Shown here piece after piece: positions 59,372 to 64,000 of a stretch of 64,000 nt of DNA. The notes under the pieces are model-generated. The model was not told where the DNA came from. It worked only from the letters and a program-made list of their open reading frames with translations, and ran no database searches. Source of the DNA: Candidatus Fervidifonticultor secundus (GTDB lineage Bacteria; Sysuimicrobiota; Sysuimicrobiia; Sysuimicrobiales; Humicultoraceae). The stretch lies in the NCBI GenBank assembly GCA_031459385.1, contig JAVKIP010000011.1, positions 1-64,000 of the forward strand. Reading direction: 5' to 3'. The position numbers were made by a program, and so were the translations under genes. Numbering within the stretch: the stretch's first letter is position 1; each line of letters opens with the position of its first letter.

Positions 59372-60604
59372 GTGCGGGGGGTGCGGCGGCGCTGGACGGC
59401 CCTCGTCGTGTTCCTCTCGGTCGCCGGGCCGGGCATCATCACCGCCGCGGTCGACAACGACGCCAACGGCATCGCGACGTACTCGACGGCGGGCGCCCAC
59501 TTCGGATACACGCTGCTGTGGACCCTACCGCTGGCCGCGGTGGCCCTGGTAGTCATCCAGGAGATGACCGCGCGCATGGGGTCCGTGACCGGCATGGGGC
59601 TGGCCGACCTGATCCGCGAGCAGTTCGGGGTGAAGGTCACGACGGCCGTCATGGCCGTCCTGGCCGTGGCCAACTGGGCCAACACCATCGGGAACTTCGC
59701 GGGCGTGGCCGGGAGCCTGGAGATCTTCCGCCTGCCACGGCTCGTCGGCGTGCCCGTCGTGGCCGCAGCCGTCGCACTCCTCGTGCTGCGCGGCGGCTAC
59801 CGCCTCATCGAGCGCGTCTTCCTGGGGGCCTCCGCGCTCTACGTCCTCTACGCGGTCTCAGCCGTCCTGGCCCGGCCCGACTGGGCCGCGGTCGCGCGGG
59901 CCGCCGTCGTGCCGGTCATCCGGGTCGAGCCCGACTACCTCTACCTGCTGATCGCGCTGATCGGCACGACCATCGCGCCGTGGATGCAGTTCTACCAGCA
60001 GGCCGCCGTGGTGGACAAGGGCCTCACCGCGGGAGACCTGCGGCTCCAGCGGGTGGACACGGCCCTGGGCGCGCTGGTGACGGCGCTGGTTGCCGGGTCG
60101 ATCATCGTCGCCACCGCCGCGACGCTCAATCCCGCCGGCGTGACGGTCGAGCGGGCCGAGGACGCGGCACGGGCGCTGGCGCCGCTGGCCGGGGTCTACG
60201 CGTCCGGGTTGTTCGCCCTGGGGCTGCTGAACGCCGCCGTCTTCTCCGTGGCGATCATTCCCCTCTCCACGGCCTACGCCGTCTGCGAGGCGTTTGGCTG
60301 GGAGGCCGGACTCGACCGCCCCATCGCGCAGGCGCCGGTCTTCTACGGCCTGTTCCTCACTGTCCTGGCTGCCAGCGCGCTGCTGGTGCTGTGGCCGGGG
60401 TTGCCCCTGATCCCGGTGATGGTGTTCTCGCAGGCGCTGAACGGTGTGCTGCTGCCTGCGGTGCTGCTGACGATGCTGCGGCTGGTCAACGATCCGCGGC
60501 TGATGGGCGCGCACGTGAACGGTCCCGCGGCCAATGCCATCGCGGGGACCGTGACCGCCGCGCTCGTGCTGCTGACCCTGGTGCTGCTGGCGTGGAGCTT
60601 CTAG
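59372..60604 (+). CDS. Nramp-related divalent cation (probably Mg2+) transporter
   Basis: GPGII, DNDANGI.TYS (in place of DPGN), QEM.AR.G, IGTTIAPWMQF. Confidence 0.88.
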   Translation: MRGVRRRWTALVVFLSVAGPGIITAAVDNDANGIATYSTAGAHFGYTLLWTLPLAAVALVVIQEMTARMGSVTGMGLADLIREQFGVKVTTAVMAVLAVANWANTIGNFAGVAGSLEIFRLPRLVGVPVVAAAVALLVLRGGYRLIERVFLGASALYVLYAVSAVLARPDWAAVARAAVVPVIRVEPDYLYLLIALIGTTIAPWMQFYQQAAVVDKGLTAGDLRLQRVDTALGALVTALVAGSIIVATAATLNPAGVTVERAEDAARALAPLAGVYASGLFALGLLNAAVFSVAIIPLSTAYAVCEAFGWEAGLDRPIAQAPVFYGLFLTVLAASALLVLWPGLPLIPVMVFSQALNGVLLPAVLLTMLRLVNDPRLMGAHVNGPAANAIAGTVTAALVLLTLVLLAWSF

Positions 60605-60642
60605 GGCGCGGTCCACAGCGGGACCCCCAGGCGCGCTGACCC

Positions 60643-61428
60643 GTGGGGCTGTACGTCCTCGAGGGCATCGTGTTGCGGCGCCGGAGCCTGGGCGAAGCCG
60701 ACCGCCTGGTGACCCTCTTCTCCCGCGACCGGGGGAAGGTCACAGCCGTGGCGCGCGGTGCCCGGCGTCCCAGGAGCCGGCTCGGCGGACGGCTGGAGCC
60801 ACCCGCGCGGGTGCGGGCGCTGGTGGCCGAAGGCCGCACGCTCGACGTGCTCGCCCAGGTCGAGGTGCTCGACGCGTATCCTCCGCTCCGGCGGGACCTG
60901 GAGCGGATGGCGGCGACGGCTCTGGTGCTGGAGCTGGTCGACCGCGCGCTGGCCGACCGGCATCCCCACCCTGACGTTTACCGCCTGCTGCAGGACGCGC
61001 TGGGGCTGCTCGTGCAGGGTGCCGGCGATCTGGCCTGCGTGTGGTTCCTGGCGCGGCTGCTCGTGCTGACCGGATATCGACCGGTGGTCGGGCGGTGCGC
61101 CGCGTGCGGCAACCGGACACGCGGGGAGGTCGCCTGGAGCGCCATCCTGGGAGGCGGCCTCGACGCCAGCTGCCAGGCGAGGGACCCGCAGGCGACGCCG
61201 CTGGACGCGCGGGCCGCGGCATTGCTGGCGTTCCTGTTGGATGCTCGGCCAGCGGCGGTGCGGCGGCTGCGGCCGCCGGCGCGCGCCCTTGCGGCGGCCG
61301 GGAGGGCGCTGCGCCGGACGGCCGAGGCGGCCTGGGAGGTGCGCCTGCGGGCGCCTGCGGTCATCGGGCGCCTGCGGGAGACGGCGCCGTCGTACGCGAC
61401 GGCACGGAGCGGTTCCGGCACGCCTTGA
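60643..61428 (+). CDS. recO: DNA repair protein RecO
   Basis: GEADR.VTL....GK..AVARGAR, zinc-finger-like CAACG. Confidence 0.92.
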   Translation: MGLYVLEGIVLRRRSLGEADRLVTLFSRDRGKVTAVARGARRPRSRLGGRLEPPARVRALVAEGRTLDVLAQVEVLDAYPPLRRDLERMAATALVLELVDRALADRHPHPDVYRLLQDALGLLVQGAGDLACVWFLARLLVLTGYRPVVGRCAACGNRTRGEVAWSAILGGGLDASCQARDPQATPLDARAAALLAFLLDARPAAVRRLRPPARALAAAGRALRRTAEAAWEVRLRAPAVIGRLRETAPSYATARSGSGTP

Positions 61429-61471
61429 GCGCGGCCCTGCATGGTATATTTCCTCCTGGGGAGGTGCACGC

Positions 61472-61726
61472 ATGGAGATCGATCTCGATCGGGCGCGTCG
61501 CGCCATCGTAGACCTGGGCGCGGCCCTGGCGGAAGCGCGCGGTGTGGTGCGGGTGGCGCCGGACTCGGTCGTGCGGATCCGGACCGAGTCCGAGGTGATC
61601 GAGCTGCCGGTCTCGTGGGCCGTGGCGGGGCTCGTGGCGTTTGCCGCCGCGGCGCTGCTCTCGGCCGTGCCCGTGCCCACCGTGCGCCGCCGCAGCCGGG
61701 AAGAGGAGCCGCTGGGCATCGGCTAG
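61472..61726 (+). CDS. Small hypothetical membrane protein
   Basis: SD GGAGGT, upstream TGGTATATT, one TM segment. Confidence 0.6.
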   Translation: MEIDLDRARRAIVDLGAALAEARGVVRVAPDSVVRIRTESEVIELPVSWAVAGLVAFAAAALLSAVPVPTVRRRSREEEPLGIG

Positions 61727-61738
61727 CGCTGGCGCGAG

Positions 61739-61768
61739 TTGACCCCGTTTCCACGTCGCTGCTAGAAT
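61739..61768 (+). promoter_or_regulatory. Sigma70 promoter of glyQS leader
   Basis: TTGACC-N18-TAGAAT. Confidence 0.75.
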
Positions 61769-61784
61769 GAGCCTAAATCGTCGA

Positions 61785-62030
61785 CCGTCTGGCAATGCGG
61801 GAGAGGAGTAGGCGCGCGGCCGGCCGAAGAGAGCCCGTGGCCGGTGCGAACGGGTGCGGCGTGCGCTGAACGGCGCTCCCAAGCTGGCGCCCGGCGCGCG
61901 GATCTCGTCGCGCTGCTGTGGCCGGGATCCGCCCGAGAGCGCGGAGGGAAGGGCCCGCCGGGCGGGACCGCCGGCGGGAATCAGGGTGGAACCGCGGAGC
62001 CGCCGTCCCTGAGGACGGGGCTCCTTTTTG
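61785..62030 (+). ncRNA. T-box riboswitch (Gly, specifier GGC 61872-61874)
   Basis: GAGTAG, AGAGAG, GGTGCGA, GAACGGC; T-box AATCAGGGTGGAACCGCGG 61979-61997; terminator hairpin followed by TTTTT. Confidence 0.93.
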
Positions 62031-62039
62031 TGTGAGCCG

Positions 62040-62937
<898 letters not shown>

Positions 62938-62945
<8 letters not shown>

Positions 62946-64000
62946 CCTGCTGGTGGAAGTCGGCGCCGAGGAGTTGCCGCCGCACGCGCTGCCGGCGGTG
63001 CTCGACCAGCTGGCGCGCGGAGCGCAGGCGGCGCTGAAGGGCGCGCGGCTGGAGGCGCGCGACGTGCGGGCGACCGGCACGGTGCGGCGCCTGGTGTTGA
63101 CCGCGGTGCTCGTCTCGACCCGGCAGCGCGACGCTGTGACAGCGGTGCGTGGCCCGGCGGCGCGCGCGGCGTTCGATGCCGAAGGCCGGCCGACCCAGGC
63201 GGCCCTGGGGTTCGCGCGGGCCCAGGGTGTACCGGTAGAGGCGCTGCAGGTCCGCGACCTGGAAGGCGGCCGGTACGTGGTCGCGGAGCGCCGCGAGGCC
63301 GGGAGGCCGGCCGCGGCGGTTCTCGCCGAGATCCTCCCTGGCGTCATCGGCGGTCTCGTCTTCCCCAAGATGATGCGATGGAACGGTGAGGGCGCCCGGT
63401 TCGGCCGCCCGATCCGCTGGATCGTGGCCCTCCTCGACCGGCAGGTGGTGCCGCTCGCCTTCGCCGGTGTGCGTGCCGGCCGGCACACCGTCGGGCACCG
63501 GTTCCTGGCGCCTGGGCGCATGATGCTGCCGCGGGCCGCAGCATACGAGGCGGCGATGCGCCGGGGCCGCGTCCTCCTCGATCCGTCGGCCCGGCGGGCG
63601 CGTATCGCCGAGGGGGCCAGCCGTCTGGCCGCGGCCGCCGGCGGCCGCCCGGTCCTCGACCAGGCACTGCTGGAGGAACTCGTATGGTCGGTGGAGCACC
63701 CGACGCCGCTCCTGGGCCGGTTCGACGAGAGCCTCGCCCGGGAGCTGCCGCGGCCCGTGGTGCTCGTGACCCTGCAGCATCACCAGAAGTGCTTTGGGGT
63801 CGAAGGAGCCCACGGCGAGCTGCTGCCGCTGTTCATCGCCGTGCGGGACGGCGGGACCGCGCACCTCGCGCAGGTGCGCACAGGGCACGAGTGGGTCGTG
63901 CGGGCGCGGCTGGCGGACGCGCGGTTCTTCCTTGAGGAGGACCGACGCGGTACCTTTGACGCGTGGCTCGCGGCGCTGGCGCGGGTGGCCCACGCCACCG
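62938..64000 (+). CDS. glyS: Glycine--tRNA ligase beta subunit (3' truncated; absent from ORF track)
   Basis: GTG 62938: [46 protein letters not shown]. Confidence 0.95.

Overview
Very GC-rich (by eye >70%) bacterial chromosomal segment. It has Firmicutes-like regulatory elements: T-boxes, CIRCE and ARG boxes. A Terrabacteria lineage such as Armatimonadota/CSP1-3 is a guess only. The left half (1-32 kb) is accessory and metabolic. It holds a cNMP-domain / flavoprotein / DsrE cluster in which the DsrE gene, missed by the ORF track, appears to be a UGA-recoded selenoprotein (UxxC) with a SECIS-like hairpin. It also holds a decaying peptide-ABC/amidohydrolase island bordered by an IS remnant, thiol-redox genes, rlmD, nitroreductases, an amino-acid ABC cluster and tRNA-Val(GAC). 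An orphan PhnD-family binding protein sits under a TPP riboswitch, followed by a secreted rhodanese, an MFS transporter, a hybrid histidine kinase and an NHL-repeat protein. The right half (32-64 kb) is core genome: T-box-thrS, comEC-holA, rpsT, murJ, CIRCE-hrcA-dnaJ-prmA-rsmE, ARG box-argCJBDGH-argR, phoH-pgpH-ybeY-dgkA-CNNM-DUF502-cdd, MgtE-N/CBS plus an Nramp-related transporter, recO, and T-box-glyQ-glyS (truncated). All calls come from motif recognition by eye; no database searches were run.
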